Shown piece by piece: positions 13,659 to 27,199 of a stretch of DNA of 64,000 nt. Origin of the DNA: Octopus sinensis (lineage: Eukaryota); the NCBI RefSeq assembly GCF_006345805.1, contig NC_043026.1:13681579-13745578 (forward strand), read 5' to 3'. The position numbers were made by a program, and so were the translations under genes. The notes beneath the pieces are model-generated. The model was not told the DNA's origin. It ran no database searches and worked only from the letters and a program-made list of their open reading frames with translations. Position 1 is the stretch's first letter. Each line of letters opens with the position of its first letter.

Positions 13659-13930
13659 CAACCTCGAAACCATACGGGTGGTGCAGGGATAAACTTTACA
13701 AAATGATAACATATATTATAAACACCTTTAATTCTAACCTTGATTTCGAATTTTATTCACGGTTTTATGATAATTATTTCTAATTAACTTTTCATTAATG
13801 CTTCTCATTTAATCCTAACTTAAGCAGAGTTACTTGCCTTGGTCTGAGCTACAACACAATATCCTTGATACGACCAAGTCGTTTCATAAGAAGAGCTTCT
13901 TATGAATTTTTTTTATTTTTAAGAGATATA

Positions 13931-14095
13931 AGGCGCAGGAGTGGCTGTGTGGTAAGTAGCTTGTTTACCAACCACATGGTTCCGGGTTCAGTCCCACTGC
14001 GTGGCACCTTGGGCAAGTGTCTTCTACTATAGCCTCGGGCCGACCAAAGCCTTGTGAGTGGATTTGGAAGATGGAAACTGAAAGAAGCCCGTCTG

Positions 14096-14126
<31 letters not shown>

Positions 14127-14287
14127 GGCACAGGAGTGGCTGTGTGGTAAGTAGCTTGCTAACCAACTACATGGTCCCGGGTTCAGTCCCACTGTGTGGC
14201 ACCTTGGGCAAGTGTCTTCTACTATAGCCTCGGGCCGACCAAAGCCTTGTGAGTGGATTTGGTAGACAGAAACTGAAAGAAGCCCGT
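13931..14287 (+). mobile_element. Two tandem SINE family A 5' halves
   Basis: Two heads separated by (TA)n. Confidence 0.85.
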
Positions 14288-14371
14288 AAGCCCATTCTGT
14301 GTGTGTGTGTGTGTCTCACCACATCCCTGTAACTTAGCAGTTCAGCATGAGAAATGGATAGAAAAATAATT

Positions 14372-16190
14372 CATGGCCGTTTGCCAACCTCGTCTGGCAC
14401 CTGTGCCGGTGGCACGTAAAAAGCACCATCCGATCGTGGCCGTTTGCCAGCCTCATCTGGCACCTGTGCAGGTGGCACGTAAAAAGCACCCACTACACTC
14501 ACGGAGTGGTTGGCGTTAGGAAGGGCATCAAGCTGTAGAACCACTGCCAGATCAGACTGGAGCCTGGTGCAGCCTTCTGGCTTCCCAGACCCCAGTTGAA
14601 CCGTCCAACCCATGCTAGCATGGAAAGCGGATGCTAAACGATGATGATGATGCTTCATAATTGAAATTCTGAGGTTGATTCATTTCATAAAAATTCTTCA
14701 AGGCAGTGCCCCAGCATGGCCAGAGCCCAGTGACTGAAACAAGTAAAAAATAAAATTTGTACACCTACATAATTGTACTTGTTAAATTAGATTATTTAAT
14801 CTCTACTCATTGAGGGCTTTTATTGTCTCTTCATTTTCGTAGTTAATCCTTTAAAATCCTGCGCACAAGAAGATAATCCTTTTGATACCAACCTACCTCA
14901 GACTGATCAAGATTAAAATCTTTCAACAAATAATGAAATTATTTTGTTAAATTCTTTATTACTTTCAAAATTTATTGAAACAAATGAAGCATCATCATCA
15001 ACATCGTATAACGTCCGCTTTCCATGCTAGCATGGGTTGGACGGTTCAACTGGGGTCTGGGAAGCCAGAAGGCTGCACCAGGCTCCAGTCTTATCTGGCA
15101 GTGTTTCTACAGCTGGATGCCCTTCCTAACGCCAACCACTCCGTGAGTGTAGTGGGTGCTTTTTATGACACCTGCACAGGTGCCAGACGAATCTGGCAAA
15201 TGGCCACGATCGGATGGTGCTTTTTACGTGCCACCTGCACAGGTGCCAGACGAATCTGGCAAACGGCCATGATCGGATGGTGCTTTTTACGTGTCACCGG
15301 CACGGGAGCCAGACGAGGCTGGCAAACAGCCACGATCGGATGGTGCTTTTTACGTGTCACCGGCACGGGGGCCAGACGAGGCTGGCAACGGCCACGATCG
15401 GATGGTGCTTTTTACGTGCCACAGGCACTGAGGCTAGTCGGGGTGGCGCTGGCAACGGCCACGTTCGGATGGTTCTCTTACGTGCCACCGGCACAGGTAT
15501 CTTAGGTACAATTTCCATTGATGTTGATCGATTTTGATTTTGATTTTCACCTACCTCAACAGGTCTTCACATATTTCAACATATTTCTTAATCTTAACTT
15601 CTTGAAAAAAAGTCATTCTCTAAATAGTTTCTAATCCACTCACAAAGCTTTGGTCATGCTGGGGCTTTTGTAGAAGACACTTGCCCAAGGTGCCGCACAG
15701 TGGGACTGAACTCAGAACTATGTGGTTGGAACACAAATTTCTTAACTACACAAAAATCAAAATCGAAATTGATCAACATCAATGGAAATTGTAGCTGTGA
15801 TACCAGGGCCAGTGGTACGTAAGAGAACCATCTGAACGTGGCCATTGCCAGTGCCGCCCCGACTGGCCTCCGTGCCGGTGGCAAGTAAAAAGCACCATCC
15901 GATCGTGGCCGTTTGCCAGCCTCGCCTGGCCCCCATGCCTGTGGCATGTAAAAAGCACCATCCGATCGTGGCTGTTTGCCAGCCTCGCCTGGTCCCCGTG
16001 CCTGTGGTATGTAAAAAGCACCCACTACACTCATGGAGTGGTTGGTGTTAGGAAGGGCATCCAGCTGTAGAAACACTGCCAGATCAGACTGGGCCTGGTG
16101 CAGCCTTCTGGCTTCCCAGACCCCAGTTGAACCGTCCAACCCATGCTAGAATAGAGATCGGACGCTAAACGATGATGATGATGATGATGA
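14372..16190. mobile_element. Cluster of three family D retroposons in alternating orientation
   Basis: Copies at 14372-14650(+), 14990-15565(-) and 15752-16190(+). Confidence 0.8.
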
Positions 16191-16987
16191 CAAACATGCC
16201 TGCATCTCTATCATCGGTCGTTAGATATAGCAGAAACCCCAGTGAGGGATTTCTGGTGTTTCTGTCTTAGGTTTCCGCTTCTGTAAGTAGGATCACCCAA
16301 CCGGAACAGTAGCGCATGGCGTCTCACCAACCCCTATTCCTGATCTTTATATGACCAAGCACTTGTCGCTCATTTCCAACATGCAAGCAAGGCTTGTTAA
16401 TTAACAAGCAGTGTGGAGAACATTATTAATTACAGCTTGTCCAGTTAGCTAGCTAGCTAGCTAGCTAGCACCTGTTGTGCTGTCCACCGCTGGAATTTTA
16501 AACAGGTATTTGGTCAAGCCTAGCTTTGGCGCCTGGAATTTCAATTGGTGGTGTTGGGTGAAGCAGTGGGGTGTGAGAAGGAGGGGAGATCGGAAGTTTG
16601 GGTGAGTAAATAACAGTATAGTAACTGGTGGTGGTGGATGTGTGTGATTTCCATACACATTTTTGTATATGGGCAAACACAGTACACACACACACGCAAA
16701 CACAATATTTTTCTTTTACTTGTTTCAGTCATTTGACTGTGGCCATGCTGGAGCACCACCTTTAGTCGAGCAAATCGACCCCAGGACTTATTCTTTGTAA
16801 GCCTAGTACTTATTCTATCGGTGTCTTTTGCCGAACCGCTAAGTTACGGGGACGTAAACACACCAGCATCGGTTGTCAAGTACTCACTGAAGTCGTCATC
16901 ATTAAGAAGAGCATGTAGCCATAGAAACCATGCCGAAACTGACAACTGGAACCTGAACTGCTCCCTGGATGGCCAGCTCCTGTCAAA

Positions 16988-17225
16988 CCTATTTCTTTAC
17001 TGCCCACAAGGGGCTAAACACAGAGAGGACAAAAAAAAAGCACAGACGAATGGATTAAGTCGATTATATCGACCCCATTGCGTAACTGGTGCTTATTTAA
17101 TCGACCCCGAAAGGATGAAAGGCAAAGTCGACCTCGGCGGAATTTGAACTCAGAACGTAGGGGCAGACGAAAGAACGCTAAGCATTTCGCCCGGCATGCT
17201 AACGATTCTGCCAGTTCGCCGCCTT
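16988..17225 (-). mobile_element. SINE family C (core gcctttcatcctttcggggtcga, resembling Meta-domain SINEs)
   Basis: Matches copies at 40880-41940, 48767-48997 and 57868-58815. Confidence 0.85.
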
Positions 17226-17424
17226 CAAACCGTCCAACCCATGCCAGCATGGAATACAGATGTTAAATGATAATGCTGAAGCATGGGCACCCTTTTTTTT
17301 TTGAGAAAAGGGCCACACTATTAGAAGAAATTGAAGTTAATTTTTCATTAAGCGTGCATCTCAGAAGGTCCCACAAACTGCAGGTTACCCATGACTGGCC
17401 TTCACCATTACTGCCAGGCATGAG

Positions 17425-18635
17425 CATAGTTGTGGTGGTGGTGGTAGTAGTTGTAGTGGTGGTGATGGTGATGATTGCAGCAGTAGTAGTAGTAATAGTT
17501 GTAGTAGTGTTGGCAGTAGTAGTAGTAGTGTTGGTAGTAGTAGTAGTAATAGTTGTAGTAGTGTTTAGTAGTAGTAGTAGTAATAGTTGTAGTAGTGTTG
17601 GTAGTAGTAGTAGTAATAGTTGTAGTAGTGTTTGTAGTAGTAGTAGTAGTAATAGTTGTAGTAGTGTTGGTAGTAGTAGTAATAGTTGTAGTAGTGTTGG
17701 TAGTAGTAGTAGTAATAGTTGTAGTGTTGATAGTAGTAGTAGTAGTAATAGTTGTAGTAGTGTTGGTAGTAGTGTTGATAGTAGTAGTAGCTGTGATGGT
17801 AGTCGTTGTTGTAGCAGCCGTAGTAGCAGTAGTGGTGGTGTTTGCAGTAATAATAGTGGTAGTAGTTGTGGTGGTCGTTGTAGTAGTGTTGGTAGCAGCT
17901 GCAGTATTAGTAGTAGTAGTTGTGGCAGTGGTGGTGTTTGTAGTAGTAATGGTTGTAGTAGTAGTGGTGCTGATGGTGATTATAGTAGCAGTAGCTGTGA
18001 TGGTAGTAGTTGTAGTGGTGGTAGTAGTAGTGGTGATTGTAGTTGTAGTAGTTGTGATGGTTGTAGTAATGGTGGTGGTGATTATAGTAACTGGTTGTGT
18101 TGGTAGTGGTTGTAGTAGCCACTTGATCTTCAACTAGTTGCATTGACAGATTTAAGCGGACACTACTACAACAGTGGCCACCTCATAAACCATCACACTA
18201 CCACCAGCACCCATACCTACTTCCTCACCATGACCGCCACCACCACCACCACCACCATCATCACTGTTGGTGGTAGTAGTAGCTGTGATGGTAGTGTTTG
18301 TAGTGGTGGTGATTGTAGTACCACCATCATCATCATTATCACTGTATTACTTCTACTACCTCCACCACTACCGCCAAACGTCAAACTACCACCGCATCAC
18401 TTACCCATACTATGTCACCCACTATCGTTGCCACCTCTGTTTCCATCACCCTATGATACCTCTACCACCACCACCATCACCACTTAGTTCTACTTCCTCT
18501 CCATCATTGCATCACCACACGTACCACCGTCATCATTACGTCACCCTTGCCTGCGAACACATTGCCACTGCCGCCATTATCACCTCCACCACCTTTTGCA
18601 TGTCGCCTTTCCCAACATAACCACCACCACCACAC
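17425..18635. repeat. (GTA/GTG)n followed by (CAC/CAT)n trinucleotide low-complexity tracts
   Basis: Seen directly; explains the poly-V/S/T ORFs. Confidence 0.9.
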
Positions 18636-19200
18636 AAACACATATTCGCATATGTATATATACATACATACACACACATACATACATACACTTATATATA
18701 TATAATATAATATATATATATATATTATATATATAATATAATATATATATATATATATACACACACATACATACACATATACACATACATACACGTATAT
18801 AATATATATATATATATATACACACACATACATACACATATACACATACATACACGTATATATATATATATATATATATACATATACACACACATACACA
18901 CACACATATATATATATATATACACATACATATATATATATATATACACATACATATATATATATATAAATACACACATACATATATATATATATATACA
19001 CACATACATATACATATACATACACACACATACATACATGTATATATATACATATACATACACACATACATACGCGTACATACATACACATACATATACA
19101 CACATACATACACATGTATATATGTATATATATATGTATATATATATATATATATATATACACATACACACACACACACATATACATGTACACACAGATG
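18636..19200. repeat. (TA/CA)n microsatellite
   Basis: Seen directly. Confidence 0.95.
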
Positions 19201-19996
19201 ACTATGAATAGAGCTACGCATACATACATATAGCTTGCCTTCGCCACTACCACCACCACCATCACCCCCACCAATACCATCATCACCATCTGCGTATTTA
19301 AACCACTTGTAACACAAGTATTCTTACAACCAATTGTAGTAGTATTAGTAGAAGTGGTGGTGGCAGCAGCAGCTGTAGTAGTAGTAGTAATGGTAGTAGT
19401 ATTGGCACTGCTAGTAACTGTAGTAGTAGTAGTAGTAGTGGTAGTATTGATAGACGCTTTTCAAATTAATGTCGGAGGTCGTTAGACTTGCGTCCAGATC
19501 TGTACAGCTGTCTGGTGTGTGTATATATTTTGTGGCAGGAACTGTACAAGACGATACAGAGTTTGAAGAAGGAAGGAAAAAAGGAAAAGAGAAGAGTTAC
19601 CCCCTTCTCCATTCATATATTAACACACAAATATATATACATATATATTATATATATATATATATGCACACACACCTACACACACATATATATATGTGAT
19701 ATAGGCATCCAACTCTCACATTTACCTGTATGTGCTTTGTGCGGTAGATCTTGAAAATGTTGCTGTTTTCAACGGTAAGAAGTTATTATGGCATTCGTAG
19801 AAGTGGGTGGGTGGATAGTCGTGGCTTTGGACTGGGTAGAAGTCCGGTAACTTGTCTATTGTTTTTGTTTATGTCTGTGGCGGTGGTCATGGTATAAGCT
19901 TGTACAAAGAAAAAAACATTTTCCATTCCTTTCTGTTAGCTTGTTTATCATATATATATATATATGATATATATATATATATATATATATGATGTG

Positions 19997-20314
19997 AGGG
20001 CGCGTGGCTTAGTGGTTAGGGCATTCGGCTCATGATCGTAAGGTTGTGAGTTCGATTCCCGGCGACGCGTTGTGTCCTTGAGCAAGACACTTTATTTCAC
20101 GTTGCTCCAGTCCACTCAGCTGGCAAAAATGAGTTGTACTTGTATTTCAAAGGGTCAGCCTTGTCACTCTCTGTGTCACGCTGATTATCCCCGAGAACTA
20201 CGTTAAGGGTACACGTGTCTGTGGAATGCTCAGCCATTTGCACGTTAATTTCACGAGCAAGCTGTTCCGTTGATCGTATCAGCTGGGACCCTCGTCGTCG
20301 TAACCGGCGGAGTC
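19997..20314 (+). mobile_element. SINE family B, young copy
   Basis: Almost identical to 2498-2811. Confidence 0.9.
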
Positions 20315-20337
20315 TTTTTTTTTTATATATATATGAT

Positions 20338-20482
20338 AAACTGTCCGACGAACGGGAACATGAAACTCAGAGTAACAGGTTTTGTTGAATTTCTGCTGCC
20401 TTTAAATAAAGCATATTACTCTACCACTGGTATTTGAGTACTCTTTTTTCCACCTTGTTTCACATTTATGTGTTTACTCCGG
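20338..20482 (+). mobile_element. Penelope-like element pLTR remnant with minimal hammerhead motif
   Basis: ctgt-CCGACGA-acgggaacat-GAAA-ctcagag-TA-acag; flanked by (TA)n; same family at 48523-48753. Confidence 0.65.
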
Positions 20483-21029
20483 TATATATATATATATATA
20501 TATAGATAGATATATATTTGGTTATTTTTGACTTGTTTTGATCATTGAACTGTGTGACCCCTGGTGGGACACTTCTGCTTTGGAAGGCTTTTTTTTTTGC
20601 TTTTTTTTTCTCTTCTTTCTTTTGAGTCTGATACTCACTTTATCAGTCCCATTCATCAAACCACTAAGTTACAGGGATGTAAATAAACCAACACCAATTG
20701 TCAAGTGGTGAGGGTACAAACACACACACACACAGACACATTTATATAGGCATGATAGATCGTTAGCCACTACACACATTTTTTTTCTCTCCTTGTTTTT
20801 TCTGTGTCCCTTTCTGTAGAAGAGCGTAGGCTCGAAACGTAAAAGACTTTTTCTATTCTTGAGCATTATACTAATACATCTGTTTGTTTTGTACACCACC
20901 TGTCTTCGTCTTTTGTTTTTTTTTCATAAACTCTCCCCATATATATATATATATATATATATACACATGCACATATATATACCTGTATATACATACGTAT
21001 ACATTATATATATATATAATAAAAAATAA

Positions 21030-21278
21030 ATGCGCCCTTTTAAAGCCTAGCCAGGCTCATGGGCCCAGTTTCCCGGTTTCTATGGAATATGTGTTCCCCA
21101 GCTGGACGGGACACCGGTCCATCGCAGCGTTACTCATTTTTGCCAGCTGAGTGGACTGGAGCAACGTGAAATGAAGTATTTTGCTCCAAGAACACAACGC
21201 AATGCCCGGTCCAGGAATCGAAACCACAATCTTACGATCATGATGCTGATACCCTAACCACTAAGCCACATGCCTCCA
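21030..21278 (-). mobile_element. SINE with family B head/core and a different 3' body
   Basis: Reverse complement of gtggcttagtggttaggg...ccagtccactcagctggcaaaaatgagt. Confidence 0.75.
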
Positions 21279-21713
21279 CACACACACACATATATATATA
21301 CACACACACATGTATGTATATGTACACATGTACTTCCACATAGTTTCTCTCTACTAAATCGACTCGCAAGGCATTGGTTGGCCTGGGGTTATAGAAAAAG
21401 ACATTTGTCCAAGGTGCTGCTCAGCAGGAATGAACCAGAAACCCTGTAATTACAAAATGAACCACTTTACCACACCTTCACCTATACTTATCTTATCATC
21501 TTTACCTTATTTGTTTGTCTGTGTGTCTGAGTGTATTGTGTTGAGTGAGAGATGAAAGGGATTTTCTGGCATCAGGATTAACATAGTCGACAATATAAAC
21601 AAGCAGATTATTATATAGATACTTCACTTCCATGTTGCCTCTTTTATAATAGCCAAATTTATCTGTGACTTTACTGCTAGACAAATACATGCCATAAAGC
21701 TTCCAAATCTATT

Positions 21714-22498
21714 ATTAACCCTTTCGTTACCAACCCGGCTGAAACCAGCTCTGGCTCTCAATACAAATGTCTTGTTTTCAAAAGTTCTGAATTAAAATCT
21801 TCCACCAAAACTTAGTCACAATTTATGTTCCTAACACTAGCTTAATGATAACTAAGTTATTTTACTAAACTTTTTGTTATATTTAAAATTAATTGAAAAA
21901 AGCACAGAGCATCTCAACAGAAATATGGTAACAAAAGGGTTGAAATATACAATAGAGAAACAATTCTTAACCCTTTTTGGTACCAACCTGGTTAAAACCA
22001 CTTCTGTCTCTGTAGTACAAATGTCTTGTTTTCATAAGTTTTGAATTAAAATCTTCCACCAAACCTTAGTCGCAATTTATGTTCCTAACACTAGCTTAAT
22101 GATAACTAAGTTATTTTACTAAATTCTTTGTTATATTTAAAATTAATTGAAAGAAGCACAAACATCTCAACAGAAATATGGTAACAAAAGGGTTGAAATA
22201 TACAATAGAGAAACAATTCTCAACCCTTTTTGGTACCAACCTGGTTTTGTTTTCATAAGTTTTGAATTAAAATCTTCCACCAAACCCTAGTCACAATTTA
22301 TGTTCCAAACACTAGCTGAATGATAATTAGGTTATTTTACTAAATTCTTTGTTATATTTAAAATTAATTGAAAAAAGCACAGAACATCTCAACAGAAATA
22401 TGGTAACAAGTTGTTTTACTAAATTCTTAGTTATATTTAAAATTAATTGAAAGAAATACAGAGCATCTCAAAATAAATACAGTAACAAAAGGGTTAAT
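21714..22498. mobile_element. Tandem piggyBac-type MITEs (TTAA-CCCTTT...AAAGGG-TTAA)
   Basis: Three-plus ~220-bp units with TIR ccctttcgttac/gtaacaaaaggg, ending ~30 bp before the CHTOP acceptor. Confidence 0.75.
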
Positions 22499-22540
22499 AT
22501 CCTCTGTGTTTTATCATTCTCTTTGCAGATATCCAATAAG

Positions 22541-22602
22541 ATGGCTCAAGTCCCTGCTAAGATAGTGCTAAAGAGCACTACAAGGATGTCACTGAATGAC
22601 CG
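22541..22602 (+). CDS. CHTOP: CHTOP/FOP first coding exon (MAQVPAKIVLKSTTRMSLND-R); exon begins at 22529
   Basis: Pyrimidine tract and ttgcag acceptor at 22528, ATG at 22541, donor CG|gtgaga at 22603. Peptide closely matches the vertebrate CHTOP N-terminus (APKVVLKSTTKMSLNER). Ends in phase 2. Confidence 0.93.
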
Positions 22603-23004
22603 GTGAGAAAATATTGCCTTCCGTTTGGAAATTGATTTTATTTCAACTTGGCTTTGCTCAGGCAGATCATATATATATATATGTATATATATCTATATAT
22701 ATATATGTATATATATCTATATATAAATATATATATATATTTATAAATATTATATATATATTATAATATTATATATATATATTTGATATATTATAAAAAT
22801 TATATATAATTTTATATATTGTGAATATATTTTATATATACAAATATATATATTTTATATATATATTATAAACATATTATGTATATTTTTATATATATAA
22901 AGGAAGTATGCTTTCAAAATGGTCTGCGAAATAAATATATATATTTGAATAAAGTTAAGTTTATGAAAATGCAACAAAAGTGCTACCCTGATGACTTATT
23001 ATGT

Positions 23005-23475
23005 GGGTTGGTGGCTCTGGCGGCGGCCCCAGCAGCATCGGTTGTGGGACTCGGTCGTCGAGGGGGAGAGGTGAGGGTGTGGGTGAGTGTAGAGGGGGCC
23101 CTGTGCGTGGCGTCTTGACTCGGGCTGTGATGTCGGAGGGGGCCCTGGCCCACTCTTCCGTTGCCTCCTCGTCCATGGTATGATGGGCCGCAATCTCTCA
23201 CCCCCGTGCGTCTCGCTCCGAGTTGTTCATGGCCACGCCCTCTTTTGGGTTTACTCCGCTACACTGCATTCCACCCTCACTCCCTGCCTCCTCACCACCC
23301 TGTGTCTCTTCTCGACTCCCCACTTGCCATTCCTCTCCATTTCAGCATACTCTATCATCACCATATCTCTCTCTCTCTCTCTTTTTCGGCCATCAACATG
23401 TCCTCAAAGACTGATTCTCTCCCTCCTTGTCGATTCTTGTCCACAACTTGCCAGCCAGCCAGCCAACCAACCGAC
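23005..23475 (+). promoter_or_regulatory. Putative structured intronic RNA element (nested imperfect hairpin with G-runs)
   Basis: Several nested complementary helices with G-U pairs (see findings); GC-rich and single-copy in this window. Confidence 0.6.
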
Positions 23476-23749
23476 TAACCAGCCAGCCAGCCAGCCGGCT
23501 GGTGGTGACACACAACAGTTGCCTCTCTTTTCTTTTGTCTTTCTTTCTTTCTTTCTTGCTCTCTTCCTCTGTTGTTGTGTTGCCTCACGTCAGCCCACAG
23601 TCACAGTGGTAGCCACAACTGAGCTTAATTCCAAAAAGGGCAAAAAAAAATAATAAATACCACATAATATCTATACATGTCCATGTATATACACTCTCTC
23701 AATACACACATACACACACACATATATGCATATAAATATATATACATAC

Positions 23750-23799
<50 letters not shown>

Positions 23800-24084
23800 G
23801 TGTATATATATATATATGTATTATATATATATATATATATAATATATTATTATAGATGCATAAATGTATACGTGTGTATAGTTGTGTGCATGCATTGTAT
23901 ACAATTTATGCACATACTGTGGTAAGTGTATACATTCCAGCTCTGATCCTAAAATGCTACAAAGTGGTGTGTAGAATTTACATGTGTATATAAATGTTTG
24001 TATGCATATATATATATATATATATATGTTTATATGGACGCACGTTTCTGGATTAGAGTCATAAGATTAATTTCCTTTATCAAC

Positions 24085-24256
24085 ATAATATTCCGGTAAA
24101 TATATCTATAAATGCTAGGAAATCTTACCTTCTATATTTCCGACCAAGCGACGTGGATATGCTGATTAGCTTCTGTATGTTCCGATGTCGCTTGGTCGGA
24201 AATATAAGAAGGTAAGATTTCCTAGCGTTTCTTAGATTTATTTACCGGAATATTAT
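24085..24256. repeat. Foldback inverted repeat (~60-bp arms)
   Basis: ataatattccggtaaat...ttccgaccaagcgac pairs with gtcgcttggtcggaa...atttaccggaatattat. Confidence 0.85.
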
Positions 24257-25886
24257 ATATGTATATATATATATATTCTTTTATTTGTTTTAGTCATTTG
24301 ACTGCAGCCATCCTGGAGCACAACAATTAGTTGAACAAACCGATCCTAGTACTTATTCTGTCGGAATCTTTTGCTGAACTGCTAAGTTACGGGGGACATA
24401 GTAAACACACCAGCATTGGTTATCAAGCGATGGGGTGGAGGGACAAACACAGACACACAAACATACACATATTTGTATACAACGGTCTTCTTTCAGTTTC
24501 CATCTACCAAATCCATTCACAAGGCTTTGGTCGGCCCAAAGCTATAGCAGAAGACACTTCCCCAAGGTGCCACGCAGTGGGACTGAACCCAAAACCATGT
24601 AGTTAGTAAGCAAGATTCTTACCATGCAGCCACTCATGCACCTTAATATATATATATGTATATATATATTATAGTGTGCTAGCCTGTTGGAATACCCTGG
24701 TCTGTACCTTGCTGTACTCAAGAAGACCCAACCTCCACAGTAGAAGCATGAAGGCTGCATCTCTTGGTGAAGGGGATTGGCCTGCAAAAGTTTTGTGCTG
24801 GTGCCACATGAAAGTGCTTGTGCCAATGGCATGTATATGCGCGCTCGTGCAAGTGCCACTTGAAAAACACCCAGCGCACACTGTAAAGTGGTTGGCATTA
24901 GGAAGGGCATCCAGCTGTAGAAACCAAACCAAATTACCCTAGAATCCAGTGCGGCTCTCTGGTCTGGCTTGCCAGCTCCAACCCATGCCAGCATGGAAAA
25001 ACACATCAAAGGATGATGATGATGATGATTTTACCGCACCAGGCAACTGAGAGCAAAAACAAATTGCAGCATAAAGAAAATAGAACATATTTCTCCCTAG
25101 AAAAGTGCTTGCGAACATCCAGATTAGATATATCAATGAAACAGGCCCCTTTTGCAAAGTCATCCTCTTCCCCAATGCCCGCTCTGATATGGTCTTGGAA
25201 AAGTGACTGCATTCCAGGTTCAGATGGGAGTCCTTAGCTCATGCTGCCTTGCTCTTGATAGCAAGTGCCAATGAGCCATTGGCCCTATGGGGCTGTCCAT
25301 CACCACTTCTGATAAGGCAGCCAAAGGGTTTCAAATCAGGAGGTATTTGGGGCTTAAAAGATCAATGTCTTTGGGGAGTGGTTTACACCTTTTTCTTGCT
25401 GCATGTGTATTGCTCTCTCTTTCTTCCTTTGGACATGTACCTGATGTCCTCATCTGCGATGCATCATACAGTGGACTCTGCCACCTTGAGATTGGAGGCC
25501 CTGCAATATGCTAAATTTTTCAATGTTTGTGTCCAGGGCCTTTTTCCTGGTAAAACTCACCCACTCCGATGACTACAGTCTACTAAAGTTGTGTTCACAA
25601 ATGGCTGGCATACCTGATATATATATATATATATATATATAATTAATTAATAAGGGTGAGAGAATTAGATACTAATTTAATAGTATATTTATTCAACACC
25701 AAGTGGCCTAGTGCTACGAGAAACCTGGATTATTATAATATTTTATAACATATTATAATATTTTTACAAAATAAATATAAGAGAGTGGTAGTCGTACTGG
25801 CTTTCATGGGAAACATATATTTCGTGGTTGAAACCTTTTGGATTAACTGGTGCTAGAGTGAGCAATATAGTGACCACTCTCTTATA

Positions 25887-25919
<33 letters not shown>

Positions 25920-26514
25920 TGCATGCATGTTTATATACACTCTCAGACACCTCAGTAGCCAAGAAAAATATATTACCAACATAATAATATAATGTTCTGT
26001 GCTTGCATGAAAAAGAAAAAAAATAACAATATGATAATATTGAGGATCAAATCCAGAGCTGGGATCGTCAGAAATAAGATTTCTGGTTTTGCTGCAACTC
26101 CCTTACCCTTTGCCATCACAACATTCTCCTTCTCTATCTCTCTGTCATACACACTTTTGTGTAAGCCCATTGCTTTCTTAAATACCATACCTCACTTGAG
26201 AGAGAGTGAGGACGTACGCAGCCTTGATGACGGAACCTAAACCATCCACGTCGATCCTGAATGGCTGCGTCTCTGCCACTCTTGGCTCCTCACCATTTCT
26301 ACTGCCTCTGTTCTTCTGCTGGCACACTGTTCTTTCTTTCTACCCTCGTGTCACACTGTGCCATTTCTGTTTTCACCATACTACTGTTCTACCTTCTTTT
26401 GGACTTTGGTATGACCTCTTCACTACGGTCCCTATTCCGTCCCACACCTTGTCCAATGGGTCTACATCCTGCCACTCCTACTCCCTAATCACTTCCACTC
26501 ACCTGTATCTAGCA

Positions 26515-27090
26515 CTAGCAGTATTGCCTGGCTCAACGGGGGTTTAAGGGAGTCGCTGGCGATGTATCGTGATGATCAAAAATCCGGCCTGCTAAAATTT
26601 GGTTAAAGTGATTCAAACTGCAGACTCAACGCAAAATGGTCACATTTAATTCAAAGCGTTAAAAATGTTATGAAAACAATTGGTATGTGTTCACAAAGTC
26701 CAAACGATTAATACGAAAAAACCCTCCAGGCTACATCCCGAAAATTCATTTCTTTGCCGAATTTCTACAATGTTTACGGCGATTCGTTTTTATATCTTGA
26801 TTTTTTATTTTTTCATGCAATTTACGCATGCTTGCACGCGTGGTGAACACAGTTCACGTCAAACAGCTGACTGAGTAAAGTTCACTATTCAATGCATGGG
26901 ATAAGGCCTAAACAAACACATTATCGATTTTTGCACTTGTGAGATGAATTTCGGAACAGAAATAGCGCAGTTCAATTTCACTCGCCTAAACTTTAAGTGA
27001 CCCATTTTTGATGGTTCTACGATTTGTTGGCTAGATGTGCCAGGAAGTTAAACACAGAGACACACAAGTTGAGTTTTATATATATATAGA
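26515..27090 (-). mobile_element. Non-autonomous Helitron (different internal sequence)
   Basis: Minus strand starts tctatatatataaaac and ends ...gccaggcaatactgCTAG|T. Confidence 0.65.
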
Positions 27091-27199
27091 TGTCTCTAAC
27101 TCTTTTAAGATGGAATTGTGTGGATCATAGAAATTTAGCTGCCGTTTCTAACAGGCTAACCGACTTTATTGAGACTTTCTAGTTGCACTGTACTATATT

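Noticed and set aside
22988-23190. C/D box snoRNA in the intron (ctgatga)
   Set aside because: No suitably placed D box (CTGA) or terminal stem found.
25640-25895. Hammerhead in this TA-flanked element (21-bp inverted arms) and in the 24085-24256 foldback
   Set aside because: Could not assign the core boxes and three stems without several arbitrary mismatches.
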